A stretch of DNA of 64,000 nt from Kiritimatiellia bacterium (GTDB lineage: Bacteria > Verrucomicrobiota > Kiritimatiellia > RFP12 > UBA1067), in the NCBI GenBank assembly GCA_024405265.1, contig JAKSOZ010000002.1, forward strand, positions 232-64,231, given 5' to 3'. Under the pieces are notes generated by a model. That model was not told where the DNA came from, did no database searches, and saw nothing but the letters and a program-made list of their open reading frames with translations. Below are positions 9,561 through 18,291 of the stretch, piece after piece. The translations under genes were made by a program, and so were the position numbers. How positions within the stretch are numbered: position 1 is the stretch's first letter; each line of letters opens with the position of its first letter.

Positions 9561-10828
9561 TTGATTTTCAAAAGGAAGTGGTTTTTCTTGCCCTGACGAA
9601 GAACGGCGAGTCGCCCTTCAACGAGATCCTTTTCTTCGAAGATCGTCTTATCGTTAACCTTTACGTCATTCAAAGAAAGACCGCCCTGAGACGCCATGCG
9701 ACGAGCTTCACCGTTCGACTTGAACATACCGGCCTGAGCGGCTATCATGAAGACCGCCTTACCGAGAACATCTTCCTTCGCCATTTCGGCGCTCGGAACA
9801 TTAGCGAAAACTTTCTCCAAATCCGCCGCGCTCTTGGGAGCGTCGCTCGAGGACTTACCGCCGAACAAGGCAGCGGTCGTTTCTTTAGCGAGTTTAAGGC
9901 CTTCTTCGCCATGAACCATAAGCGTAAGCTCGTCGGCAAGCGCCTGCTGAGGAATACGCGCTTCAGGATGAGCCTTCATCTCCGCCTCAAGCGCGGCGAT
10001 TTCTTCGAGGCTCTTCATCGAGAAGACTTTCAAATAGCGAATCACGTCCGCATCATCGGCACGCAGGAAGTACTGATACCACTTGAAAACGGGCGTCATT
10101 TCACCGTTCATGAACAAGGCGTTACCCTCGGACTTGCCGAACTTCTTGCCGGTCGAATCGAGAAGCAAGGGGAAAGTAAGACCGTAGGCGGTTTTCTGAC
10201 GCATCTTACGAACAAGATCGGTACCGGCGGTGATATTACCCCACTGATCGGCACCGCCGACTTCCATCTGACAACCATAGGTATCGTAAAGATGAAGGAA
10301 GTCGTTACCCTGAAGAATCTGATAAGAGAACTCGGTGAAAGTCAAGGCGCCTTCCGAAGCCTCCAAGCGCTTCTTGACCGATTCTTTCGCGAGCATCTGG
10401 GGAACGCGGAAGTTAATCGCGATATCGCGCAAAAACTCGATCGCGCTCGTCCCCTTGTACCAGTCGTAGTTATCTACCATTATCGCCGCGTTCGGACCAT
10501 CGAAAGAAAGAATACGCGAAAGGTTGTCACGAATACCCTTCTTGTTCTCTTCGACTTGCTCAACGGTAAGCATATTACGTTCGGCCGACTTGCCCGAGGG
10601 GTCGCCGATAAGCCCGGTAGCTCCGCCGACAAGCGCGATAACCTTATGTCCAGCCTCTTGGAAGCGCTTCAAAACCATGATGGAAACGAGATTTCCGGCC
10701 TGCAAACTCTTGGCGGAAGGATCGAAACCGCAATAAACGGTCATCGGCTTTTCGAGCGCCTTTTCAATCTCAGGATCGGTAAGGGCTTCAACGAGCCCAC
10801 GAGCTTTCAATTCTTCAAGTAAGTTCAT
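9557..10828 (-). CDS. tyrS: tyrosine--tRNA ligase
   Basis: Class I aaRS: YCGFDPSAKSLQAGNL (HIGH region), KFGKSEG (KMSKS), and an S4-like C-terminal domain. Confidence 0.93.
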   Translation of the reverse strand: MNLLEELKARGLVEALTDPEIEKALEKPMTVYCGFDPSAKSLQAGNLVSIMVLKRFQEAGHKVIALVGGATGLIGDPSGKSAERNMLTVEQVEENKKGIRDNLSRILSFDGPNAAIMVDNYDWYKGTSAIEFLRDIAINFRVPQMLAKESVKKRLEASEGALTFTEFSYQILQGNDFLHLYDTYGCQMEVGGADQWGNITAGTDLVRKMRQKTAYGLTFPLLLDSTGKKFGKSEGNALFMNGEMTPVFKWYQYFLRADDADVIRYLKVFSMKSLEEIAALEAEMKAHPEARIPQQALADELTLMVHGEEGLKLAKETTAALFGGKSSSDAPKSAADLEKVFANVPSAEMAKEDVLGKAVFMIAAQAGMFKSNGEARRMASQGGLSLNDVKVNDKTIFEEKDLVEGRLAVLRQGKKNHFLLKIK

Positions 10829-10836
10829 ACTTCGGT

Positions 10837-10850
10837 ATTATACCATATTT
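10837..10850 (-). promoter_or_regulatory. extended -10 box AAATATGGTATAAT, 8 nt upstream of the tyrS ATG
   Basis: Minus strand AAATATGGTATAAT-ACCGAAGT-ATG. The folD stop TAA (10840..10838) lies inside the TATAAT hexamer. No SD is possible in the 8-nt gap. Confidence 0.55.
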
Positions 10851-11710
10851 GCGCTTAAAAGTGTATTCCAAAGGAGCATCGTGATCGTCATCGGACCGAC
10901 CCCTCCCGGAACCGGCGTGATCGCCGAACAAACGGGCAAACAACTTTCCAAATCCGCATCACCGACGAGACGGAATCCTTTCGGCTTCGAAGGATCGGGA
11001 ATCCGATTGACGCCTACGTCGATAACCACCGCGCCCTTTTTAAGCATGTCCCCGGTAAGCGTATTCGGACGGCCCGCGGCAACAACGACGATATCCGCTT
11101 CGCGCGTGAACTTGGCGATATCGGGAGTTCCGGTATGGCATAGGGTCACGGTAGCATTCGTCTCCTTACGTGAAAGCAAAACCGCGACCGGCTTACCGAC
11201 GATATTCGAGCGACCGATCACAACGGCGTGCTTACCCTTGATATCCATGCCGGAAAACTCAATCAACTTTATGATTCCGTGAGGAGTGCAAGGAAGGAAG
11301 CATTTCTCTCCTATGAGCATCTTACCGACATTAATCGGCGTGAAGCCATCGACATCCTTCTCGCTCGCGATCGTATCGATCACCTTCTTCTCGTCGAAAC
11401 CTTTCGGAAGCGGAAGCTGAACGAGAATTCCGTCGATCGTCTTATCGTGATTGAGTTCTTCGATAGTCCGAAGAAGCTCTTCCTCCGCTATCGTCTCGGG
11501 AAGACGGATTTCTTTGGAGTAAATCCCCACTTCCGCGCAAGCCTTTTCTTTCGCGGTCACATAAGAAACGCTCGCGGGATTATCTCCGACGAGAATCACG
11601 GCGAGACCGGGTTTGCGACCCGACTTCGCCTCGTATTCCTTAACGCCGCTCGCGATCTCCGCTCGCGTATTCGCCGCAAGGGCCTTGCCGTCGATTAAAA
11701 TACCGTCCAT
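10838..11710 (-). CDS. folD: bifunctional methylenetetrahydrofolate dehydrogenase/cyclohydrolase
   Basis: DGILVQLPLP and VVIGRSNIVGKPVA motifs. 290 aa. Confidence 0.93.
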   Translation of the reverse strand: MDGILIDGKALAANTRAEIASGVKEYEAKSGRKPGLAVILVGDNPASVSYVTAKEKACAEVGIYSKEIRLPETIAEEELLRTIEELNHDKTIDGILVQLPLPKGFDEKKVIDTIASEKDVDGFTPINVGKMLIGEKCFLPCTPHGIIKLIEFSGMDIKGKHAVVIGRSNIVGKPVAVLLSRKETNATVTLCHTGTPDIAKFTREADIVVVAAGRPNTLTGDMLKKGAVVIDVGVNRIPDPSKPKGFRLVGDADLESCLPVCSAITPVPGGVGPMTITMLLWNTLLSANMV

Positions 11711-12519
11711 AGTCTTACGTGTTCGTTTTTGGTATTGCCGCCGGTCTTGAGGAAAAACGTGGTATCGTTGACCTTACCGGCGTCGATTCGATTGGAAGGC
11801 GTACCATCGGCCGAGAAGAAGGCGAAATGGCAATTTTCCCAAGTATCGCAACCGACCGGCTTCGCGCAAATGCCCGAGAATTCCGCCGAACGCGAGAGCG
11901 TAGCGGAATAATAATTGCGCCAGAAATCTTCGACGAAAGAATAGAATCTGGAGATCACGGGCTTCATACCGGGGTGAAGCATCGTCGAAATCGAAGCGAT
12001 TTTCACGTACTCGCCTTTTTCTTTATCGAGGAGGCTGCAGGTATAGGCGAGACGATCACTTCCACAAGGCGCGACATCGATCTTAAAGCCGATCTCTTCG
12101 CCCTCCTTCCACTCGTAGCGCATCATCGACTTCGCTCCCGTGCCCTCGCCCTCGAAGCGGCTCGCTTCAACACCTTCAGCGGTATAAAGGATATTGGCAC
12201 GAATATCCACGGGGACAGCGGCCTGTTTAGCTTTGAAATCCAGAGGACTGCCTGGATCCCAAACCGAGAAAATCACCCACTTGCCATCCCAGCGATCTTG
12301 AAGACCGCAGTAGCCTCCATCCCATGAAAGCGCACAGAAGTAAGAATTCATCTGGCTTTCCGTTACCTTGACATTGATTTTGATCGAATCGGCTTCCTGC
12401 GTCGCAAGCTGATAAATCAAATGTACGCTACGAGCTTGACGCTTGGCGAGGTCAGGGGCATTCTTCGCGAATCCGGCGAGAGCTCCCAACGCACATAGCG
12501 CTAACATAAGTTTCTTCAT
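11695..12519 (-). CDS. secreted DUF3472-like protein
   Basis: Signal peptide MKKLMLALCALGALAGFA. WDGGYCGLQ and FSVWDPG resemble DUF3472. Function unknown. Confidence 0.5.
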   Translation of the reverse strand: MKKLMLALCALGALAGFAKNAPDLAKRQARSVHLIYQLATQEADSIKINVKVTESQMNSYFCALSWDGGYCGLQDRWDGKWVIFSVWDPGSPLDFKAKQAAVPVDIRANILYTAEGVEASRFEGEGTGAKSMMRYEWKEGEEIGFKIDVAPCGSDRLAYTCSLLDKEKGEYVKIASISTMLHPGMKPVISRFYSFVEDFWRNYYSATLSRSAEFSGICAKPVGCDTWENCHFAFFSADGTPSNRIDAGKVNDTTFFLKTGGNTKNEHVRLWTVF

Positions 12520-12553
12520 TAAAAAGACTCCTTCACTTAACGCTTATGATTCA
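12520..12553 (-). repeat. 7-nt periodic stop-rich intercistronic spacer
   Basis: Sense strand TGA ATCATAA GCGTTAA GTGAAGG AGTC...ATG, between pepP and the DUF3472 gene. Confidence 0.5.
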
Positions 12554-13576
12554 TCACTTCGCGGAATGCGACAAGACTTCGCAACCGTCTTCGGTGATAA
12601 GGATCAAGTCTTCTATACGAACGCCGAGATTATCTTCGAGGTAGATGCCGGGCTCGATCGTCACCAACATACCGGGCACGAGCTTAGTCTTCTGCTTCTT
12701 CGCGGCCCAGGGGGCTTCGTGGATTTCAATGCCGACGCCATGACCTAACGAATGACCGAATGCTTCACCATAGCCCTTCTCGGTCAGAAAATCACGGGCG
12801 ACCTTATCGAGCGCACCGGAAGTCATGCCCGGCTTCGCGGCCTTGATCGCAAGCATATTTGCCTCAAGAACAAGATCGTAAACCTTCTTATAAAGCTTCG
12901 AGGGCTTTACGGGAACGATATTGCGCGTCATGTCCGAACAGTACCCGTTAAGCTTAACACCCATATCAACGAGAACAGGCTCCTTACCATTCCAAACGGT
13001 ATCGTCCGGGACGTGGTGACATTCCGCGGCGTTCTTACCGACGCAGACGATAGTCTCAAAGGCTTCTCCTTCGCCGAGATCAATCATAAGGTGCTGAATA
13101 ACACGCGCCATCTCGCGCTCGGTCATCCCCGCTTTGAACTTCTTTTGGGCGGCAGACCAGATTTCGTCATTGAGTTTTTCCGCAGCGCGAAGCTTTTCGA
13201 TCTCGTCCGCCGTTTTGATCGCGCGAAGCTCTCGAACTTCCTTGCCGATATCGACCCACTCGGTCACCTTCTTGTATTTCTTCTTAAGCTCTTCGAGTTT
13301 CGCCGCGCTGATTGTACCTTCGTAGCCGACCTTAGTACCCTTCACTTTAATCTTCTTGATATCGCCGTCCTTAAGGTAGGGAGCCAAGCGATGGACCATC
13401 GGAACATAGCGGAAGTCGGTATAGAACGTATCGATCGTGAAGCAAGCGTTATCGCAGTCGATACCTGTTAAGCCTCGAACATTTGCCTGATTGAATATCA
13501 AAACGCTATCAAGACTTTTTTCTTTCATGAGCTTTTTAAGCTCTTCGACTCTCGCTTCGAACGGATTCTTATTCAT
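12554..13576 (-). CDS. M24 family Xaa-Pro aminopeptidase
   Basis: Metal-ligand motifs DMGVKLNGYCSDMTR, HSLGHGVGIEIHE and IEPGIY...RIED. Confidence 0.85.
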   Translation of the reverse strand: MNKNPFEARVEELKKLMKEKSLDSVLIFNQANVRGLTGIDCDNACFTIDTFYTDFRYVPMVHRLAPYLKDGDIKKIKVKGTKVGYEGTISAAKLEELKKKYKKVTEWVDIGKEVRELRAIKTADEIEKLRAAEKLNDEIWSAAQKKFKAGMTEREMARVIQHLMIDLGEGEAFETIVCVGKNAAECHHVPDDTVWNGKEPVLVDMGVKLNGYCSDMTRNIVPVKPSKLYKKVYDLVLEANMLAIKAAKPGMTSGALDKVARDFLTEKGYGEAFGHSLGHGVGIEIHEAPWAAKKQKTKLVPGMLVTIEPGIYLEDNLGVRIEDLILITEDGCEVLSHSAK

Positions 13577-13884
13577 GGACTTACCCTCTCTTTTAAGCCT
13601 GTCATGGCAGGCAAAGTTACGGATTCGGTCATTTTGACTTGATCTACACCGAAAATATATTCAACCGCGAAGGACTCGATCTCGACTTCCTGCGCGCCGC
13701 TTTTCGACACCGGTCCAATCGAATTGCTCTGAGCTCTGCGCCCAACGTCGGCGCGCATCTCCCGCTCCATATCGAGGCCCTCAACAATGCACTTCGTGAA
13801 ATTCGTAAGCGTCATCACCACCAGAACCAATACGAACATCCCGATCGCCAGTTCCATCATCGCCTGTCCGCGCTTAGTGGCCAT
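13573..13884 (-). CDS. TadE-like pseudopilin (short)
   Basis: N-terminus MATKRGQAMMELAIGMFVLVLVV matches the [KR]GQxxxE + TM pattern shared by the four upstream genes. 103 aa. Confidence 0.55.
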   Translation of the reverse strand: MATKRGQAMMELAIGMFVLVLVVMTLTNFTKCIVEGLDMEREMRADVGRRAQSNSIGPVSKSGAQEVEIESFAVEYIFGVDQVKMTESVTLPAMTGLKERVSP

Positions 13885-15373
13885 AGGGAGTTCCTCCGCT
13901 TTGACTCGAGCCCACCCCAGGATTATTTTGACCCGGCGGCTTGCACTTATTGTGGTTGAACTTAAGCCAGGTAATAGCCGTCGTACGGAAGTATTGAGTA
14001 TCCCACGTTCTAAGCGCCTTACAATATTTACACTTATCGCTTTGGGCGAGCGAGTCAGGACCCAAACTCGAAAAATTCAATAAATGAAGCCGCACGTGTT
14101 CAAGCCATTCGAGGTCGGAAGCATTGGTAAGGACGTTAAGCGCACTTCCGGTCGCATTCGCAGCTCCGACGGGGATAAGCCTAACGTCGGTAAAGTCCGG
14201 TAAAATCATATTCGCCGTTTCCAAATCAAGGCGCGCGAAAGTCTTCGCCGCGGCATTCGAAACCGTGCCGAGCTTACTCGTACGTATTACGATCGTCGTA
14301 CCGAAATAATCGAACTCTTCCTTCGGCGTTCCGTCGACCGGAAGCAAATACATCTCTTCCCACTTGCGCCAGTAGTTCTTATCATAGCAAGCCCACTCGA
14401 CATAGATACTCAACATTTTTTCAAAAAGATCGTCGTCGAGAGGATAGTCGATGCTGCGATCTCTCAGGAACTCTTTGATCGACTCCGGTTCCATCATATT
14501 TCCCAAACAGTTCTCTTCAAACTTAACGTGCAAGTTACCGTATTCACAATTCTCGCACTTTCCAACCGCTTCGCTTCTTTCGAGCGGAGGAAAATCCTTG
14601 TAGGAGCCATAGCTCTTCAAAAAGTCATAGCAAGAGAAATAAAACCAACACCAATCCTTCGAGAGGATCGCCTGATAAAAACCGATATTGTATAGTAAAT
14701 GATTGCCGCTGGTAAGATCATAGAACTCGGCATTATCAACTCCCACGCAAAGTCCCGAACTCGCTACCGACTCGATCTTATCGGCATACTCCTTCCAAGC
14801 GCCTTCATACGACTGAGGGTAAGGATCATAAGCGTCTTTACTTCCGCTATCATAAAGGATCCTTACAACCAACGCTTGAATGCGCATGATTTTACCGTAA
14901 ATATCATCCGCCTCAATACCGTTTCGAGCAGCAATCGAGCTCGCGCTCGGAAGTCCATCCAGAGGCCCCAACAACGCCAATCGGCGCTGATTTAGATTGA
15001 TCTCTACAAGCCTCTTATTGATCTCATCGACCCTCATTTGGGCCATGGCGACCTTCGTGTTGGCTTCAGCGATCTTGCTTTCATTATCCGTTGCTTGGGC
15101 GCTATCCAACTCGGCCTGAGCCTCCTCCAACTCTTTTTGCGCCTTAACCAGCTCTATAATCGTTTCGATTATCTCAAGATTCGCTTCCCCTATCTTATTC
15201 AATAACTCGCCTTGACCTCGAGCGAATTGAAGCGCCGCCGCATCCGAAGAGTTTTGGACTCTGAATTTATTTCGAACGCTCAGGAACAAGTCAACGTTCA
15301 AAACGGCCAAGACGGTAATCGCCACCATGACCATTACAAGATAAACTATTACCTGACCTTTGCGGAACTTCAT
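13874..15373 (-). CDS. TadG-like protein (Flp pilus assembly TadE/G-like N-terminal domain)
   Basis: KFRKGQVIVYLVMVMVAITVLAVLNVDLFLSVRNKFRVQNSSDAAALQFA matches the Tad_N pattern (vD...r..lQnaaDAAALa). Coiled-coil segment and Cys-rich C-terminal part (CENCEYG, CKYCK). Confidence 0.6.
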   Translation of the reverse strand: MKFRKGQVIVYLVMVMVAITVLAVLNVDLFLSVRNKFRVQNSSDAAALQFARGQGELLNKIGEANLEIIETIIELVKAQKELEEAQAELDSAQATDNESKIAEANTKVAMAQMRVDEINKRLVEINLNQRRLALLGPLDGLPSASSIAARNGIEADDIYGKIMRIQALVVRILYDSGSKDAYDPYPQSYEGAWKEYADKIESVASSGLCVGVDNAEFYDLTSGNHLLYNIGFYQAILSKDWCWFYFSCYDFLKSYGSYKDFPPLERSEAVGKCENCEYGNLHVKFEENCLGNMMEPESIKEFLRDRSIDYPLDDDLFEKMLSIYVEWACYDKNYWRKWEEMYLLPVDGTPKEEFDYFGTTIVIRTSKLGTVSNAAAKTFARLDLETANMILPDFTDVRLIPVGAANATGSALNVLTNASDLEWLEHVRLHLLNFSSLGPDSLAQSDKCKYCKALRTWDTQYFRTTAITWLKFNHNKCKPPGQNNPGVGSSQSGGTPYGH

Positions 15374-15829
15374 TTACTGCATATAATAAGGCGCATGAGC
15401 TTCGACTTTCGCTTCGCCTCGGATGAAACCGCCGGCGAAACGCACTTCCGCTTTGGTATCTGAGATAAGGCCGCCACCGGAGGATACATTAAGATCCATA
15501 TCTTTCCAGCGACTATACCTTAGAATCCCGCAAGCCGTGCTTTCGTCTTCGCTTTCAAGGTAGTTACGGAACTTGTTGAGCACATCGAATTCTTCATCGC
15601 CGGTAGGCCACTGCCGCGAACCCGAAACGGGAATCGCGGCAAGACGCGCGGTCTTCCGGCACATAAAATCGTTAAGCCCAACGGTTTTGGCTCTAGCCGA
15701 ACGCTGAGCGGCATAATCAAGGATTATGCGCTCGTTCGTCGAATAAGCAAGCTCGAAGAGAACCAAAAAGACGAAGGTAACGAAGATGACGGCGAGCACC
15801 GTCTCAAGCATTACCTGTCCGCGCTTCAC
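15374..15829 (-). CDS. TadE-like pseudopilin
   Basis: MKRGQVMLETVLAVIFVTFVFLVLFELAY is a typical TadE N-terminal domain. 151 aa. Confidence 0.65.
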   Translation of the reverse strand: MKRGQVMLETVLAVIFVTFVFLVLFELAYSTNERIILDYAAQRSARAKTVGLNDFMCRKTARLAAIPVSGSRQWPTGDEEFDVLNKFRNYLESEDESTACGILRYSRWKDMDLNVSSGGGLISDTKAEVRFAGGFIRGEAKVEAHAPYYMQ

Positions 15830-16086
15830 TCTTCCTTGCTCAAAGTTCTGATATAGCTACCCTCGTCATCAACGCTACCGATCTTTTCTTCGATATGCTG
15901 ACGAGCGGCGCTTCCTTCGTCCGAATTCAGCTTTCCGGCAGCGCCGGCAGCCGTCTTACCGATAGCGCGGCTAAGCGCAGTAACGACACCGATAAGCGCA
16001 ATGGCGATAAGACCGACGATAAGGATATATTCGACCATCGTCTGACCCTTCTTCAGGCCCTTTTTGATTTTCGCTTTCATTTTCAT
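15826..16086 (-). CDS. Flp family type IVb pilin
   Basis: KKG/QTMVEYILIVGLIAIALIGVV carries the Flp G/XXXXEY processing motif followed by a hydrophobic helix. 86 aa. Confidence 0.75.
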   Translation of the reverse strand: MKMKAKIKKGLKKGQTMVEYILIVGLIAIALIGVVTALSRAIGKTAAGAAGKLNSDEGSAARQHIEEKIGSVDDEGSYIRTLSKEE

Positions 16087-16098
16087 TCATCCTTTCTT

Positions 16099-16248
16099 TT
16101 AGGGATATTCCAAATTAACCATCTCGGTCGAATTCGCCGAATAAACTTTAATTACATCGAAAAGATACCAGAACACCGTCACCACGACCACCAGCGAAGC
16201 TAGTGTAATCGCATATTCTATCATCGACTGGCCTTTTCGACTTTTCAT
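16099..16248 (-). CDS. Flp family type IVb pilin (49 aa, not in ORF track)
   Basis: Hand translation: MKSRKG/QSMIEYAITLASLVVVVTVFWYLFDVIKVYSANSTEMVNLEYP*. G/XXXXEY motif present. The ATG overlaps the upstream lptF/G-type stop as TAATG. A GGA-containing RBS for the next flp follows its stop. Confidence 0.65.
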   Translation of the reverse strand: MKSRKGQSMIEYAITLASLVVVVTVFWYLFDVIKVYSANSTEMVNLEYP

Positions 16249-17345
16249 TATCGTTGCTTGTAAAACGCATGAGCTCCAAGACCGAGGAAAATCAAATATG
16301 GCAAAACCGCCGCCGGAATCGCAGGTAATATACCGTTCTTAGCAAGTATCATCCCGAGAATCACCAAAATGTAAAACGAGAAGAACATTCCAAGCGCACC
16401 GAGAATACCTTTGAAAACGCTCTGGCGTCCGGAAGCGATGCCGGCGGGAATCGCGAATAACGTGATTACGACGCAGGCCCAAGGAGCCATGATCTGAGAC
16501 CAAATATCGTAGAGATAATCGTTCCTGACCTTCGCTGTCAGATCCTTATGCGAGCGAAGATAGCGCAATCGATCATGGATGGAATTATATTTCCAATCGC
16601 GATTAAGCATCAAGAAATCGCTAGGTCTTTCACGGAAACCGACGAAAGAACGTAACGTAAGCGCATCGAGTTCCGGAGTCGGCGTCGAGGTTTCTTTACC
16701 CGTGACATCGTAGTGCTGGACAACGGGATTGGTAAACCACCATTCACCGTCAAGATAATCCGCGCGCTCGGCCATAATATTCCAAAGACGGACGCCGCCT
16801 TTTCGATCTTGGGTAACGCGAACGTTACTGAGCGAATAGCCGTCTTCGTCGATAAGCGAGTCGATGTTCCAAGTTCTGAATTCCTTCGCATTACGAAAAA
16901 CGAGGTTGTCCGCTTTAGAGACCTGGGAAAGATCGAACCTTTCCGACTTCATCGCCGAAGCCCACTGAGCTCTACGCGGCACGTAAATTTCGTTTACGTA
17001 AAGCACGAAAAGCGCCATCGCGATCGAAACGGCCAGGAGTGGCTTCACGATCGTCATGAAGCTGACGCCGCTCGCACGCATCGCGATGATTTCGGAATGG
17101 CGACAGAAACTCCACATCGTGTAAAGAGTCGCCAACATCAGCCCGGCCGGGGCAAGGTAATGAAAATACGGCGCGAGATAACCGGCAAAATATGAAACCA
17201 CCATCATAAACGGCAGCTTCGCAGCCATAAGGCGAGAGAACGAACCGAACAGCTCGAAAAGCACGTAGATCGAAACGAATCCACCGAGGCAGTAGCACAG
17301 CGGAACCAAGAATTCGAATAAGACGTATCTGGTTAAGATCAGCAT
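16248..17345 (-). CDS. LptF/LptG family LPS export permease
   Basis: 365 aa YjgP/YjgQ architecture. N-terminus MLILTRYVLFEFLVPL. Confidence 0.8.
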   Translation of the reverse strand: MLILTRYVLFEFLVPLCYCLGGFVSIYVLFELFGSFSRLMAAKLPFMMVVSYFAGYLAPYFHYLAPAGLMLATLYTMWSFCRHSEIIAMRASGVSFMTIVKPLLAVSIAMALFVLYVNEIYVPRRAQWASAMKSERFDLSQVSKADNLVFRNAKEFRTWNIDSLIDEDGYSLSNVRVTQDRKGGVRLWNIMAERADYLDGEWWFTNPVVQHYDVTGKETSTPTPELDALTLRSFVGFRERPSDFLMLNRDWKYNSIHDRLRYLRSHKDLTAKVRNDYLYDIWSQIMAPWACVVITLFAIPAGIASGRQSVFKGILGALGMFFSFYILVILGMILAKNGILPAIPAAVLPYLIFLGLGAHAFYKQR

Positions 17346-18271
17346 AATGCTCCGGTTAATTCACTAACGGCCTTAAAACCGTGACGCTCGCAATATTCGA
17401 TGATGCCATCGTAGACTTCCCCGATCACTCCGGGATCGGTAAACGTCGCGGTGCCGACAGCAACTGCAGTGGCACCCGCGAGGAAAAATTCAATCGCGTC
17501 CTTAGCTTCGTAAACTCCACCCATCGCGAGAATCGGAAGCTTCGTCGCGTTATGCGCGTCATAGACGAGCTTAACGGCAGCGGGATGAACGCCGCGGCCG
17601 GAGAGTCCCCCCGTCTTGTTCGCGATAACGGGGATGCGCTTTTCAATATCGATTACCATCGCCGGAATCGTGTTGATCATCGACAGCGCGTCAGCGCCCG
17701 CGTTCTCACAAGCCTTAACGTAGGGAACGATCGAAGGAACGTTAGGCGCAAGTTTCACGATCAAAGGAAGCCTCGTAGCCTTACGAACCGCCGAAACGAC
17801 TTCTTCAAGAACTTTAGGGTCCTGACCGAAAGTATGACCTCCCGCCTTCACGTTCGGACAGCTCACGTTCATCTCGATCGCCTGAACGACGCCGCCGACA
17901 GAATCGAGACCCGCGGCGACTTCAGCGTATTCTTCGATCGACCCTCCCCAGATATTGACGATCATCGGGAGGTTCTCGTGACCCGCATCCTTGACCTGCG
18001 AAGTGTACCAAGGAACCGTAACGTCCACGAAATGCTTAAGCCCCGTACCCTGAAGACCGATGGCATTAACGAGACCGCCGGGGACTTCGGCATGACGCGG
18101 CATCGGGTTCCCGGGCCAAGGGGTAACGCGAATACCCTTCGCGGTTACCGCGCCGAGCTTCTTATAGTCGACGGCGCCGACATATTCCGTACCATATCCG
18201 AAAGTGCCGCTCGCCGTCGTAATCGGCGTCGACATCTTAAGTCCGCCCAAATCTACTGCTGTGTCAATCAT
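17339..18271 (-). CDS. pyrD: dihydroorotate dehydrogenase, class 1 catalytic subunit
   Basis: TASGTFGYG, NVSCPNV and GGVYEAKDAIEFFLAGA motifs. Confidence 0.9.
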   Translation of the reverse strand: MIDTAVDLGGLKMSTPITTASGTFGYGTEYVGAVDYKKLGAVTAKGIRVTPWPGNPMPRHAEVPGGLVNAIGLQGTGLKHFVDVTVPWYTSQVKDAGHENLPMIVNIWGGSIEEYAEVAAGLDSVGGVVQAIEMNVSCPNVKAGGHTFGQDPKVLEEVVSAVRKATRLPLIVKLAPNVPSIVPYVKACENAGADALSMINTIPAMVIDIEKRIPVIANKTGGLSGRGVHPAAVKLVYDAHNATKLPILAMGGVYEAKDAIEFFLAGATAVAVGTATFTDPGVIGEVYDGIIEYCERHGFKAVSELTGALC

Positions 18272-18277
18272 ATTGAT

Positions 18278-18291
18278 ATTATACCAAATTT
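18278..18291 (-). promoter_or_regulatory. extended -10 box AAATTTGGTATAAT, 6 nt upstream of the pyrD ATG
   Basis: Minus strand AAATTTGGTATAAT-ATCAAT-ATG. The A of the ATG sits at the usual +1 distance (7 nt). Confidence 0.55.
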
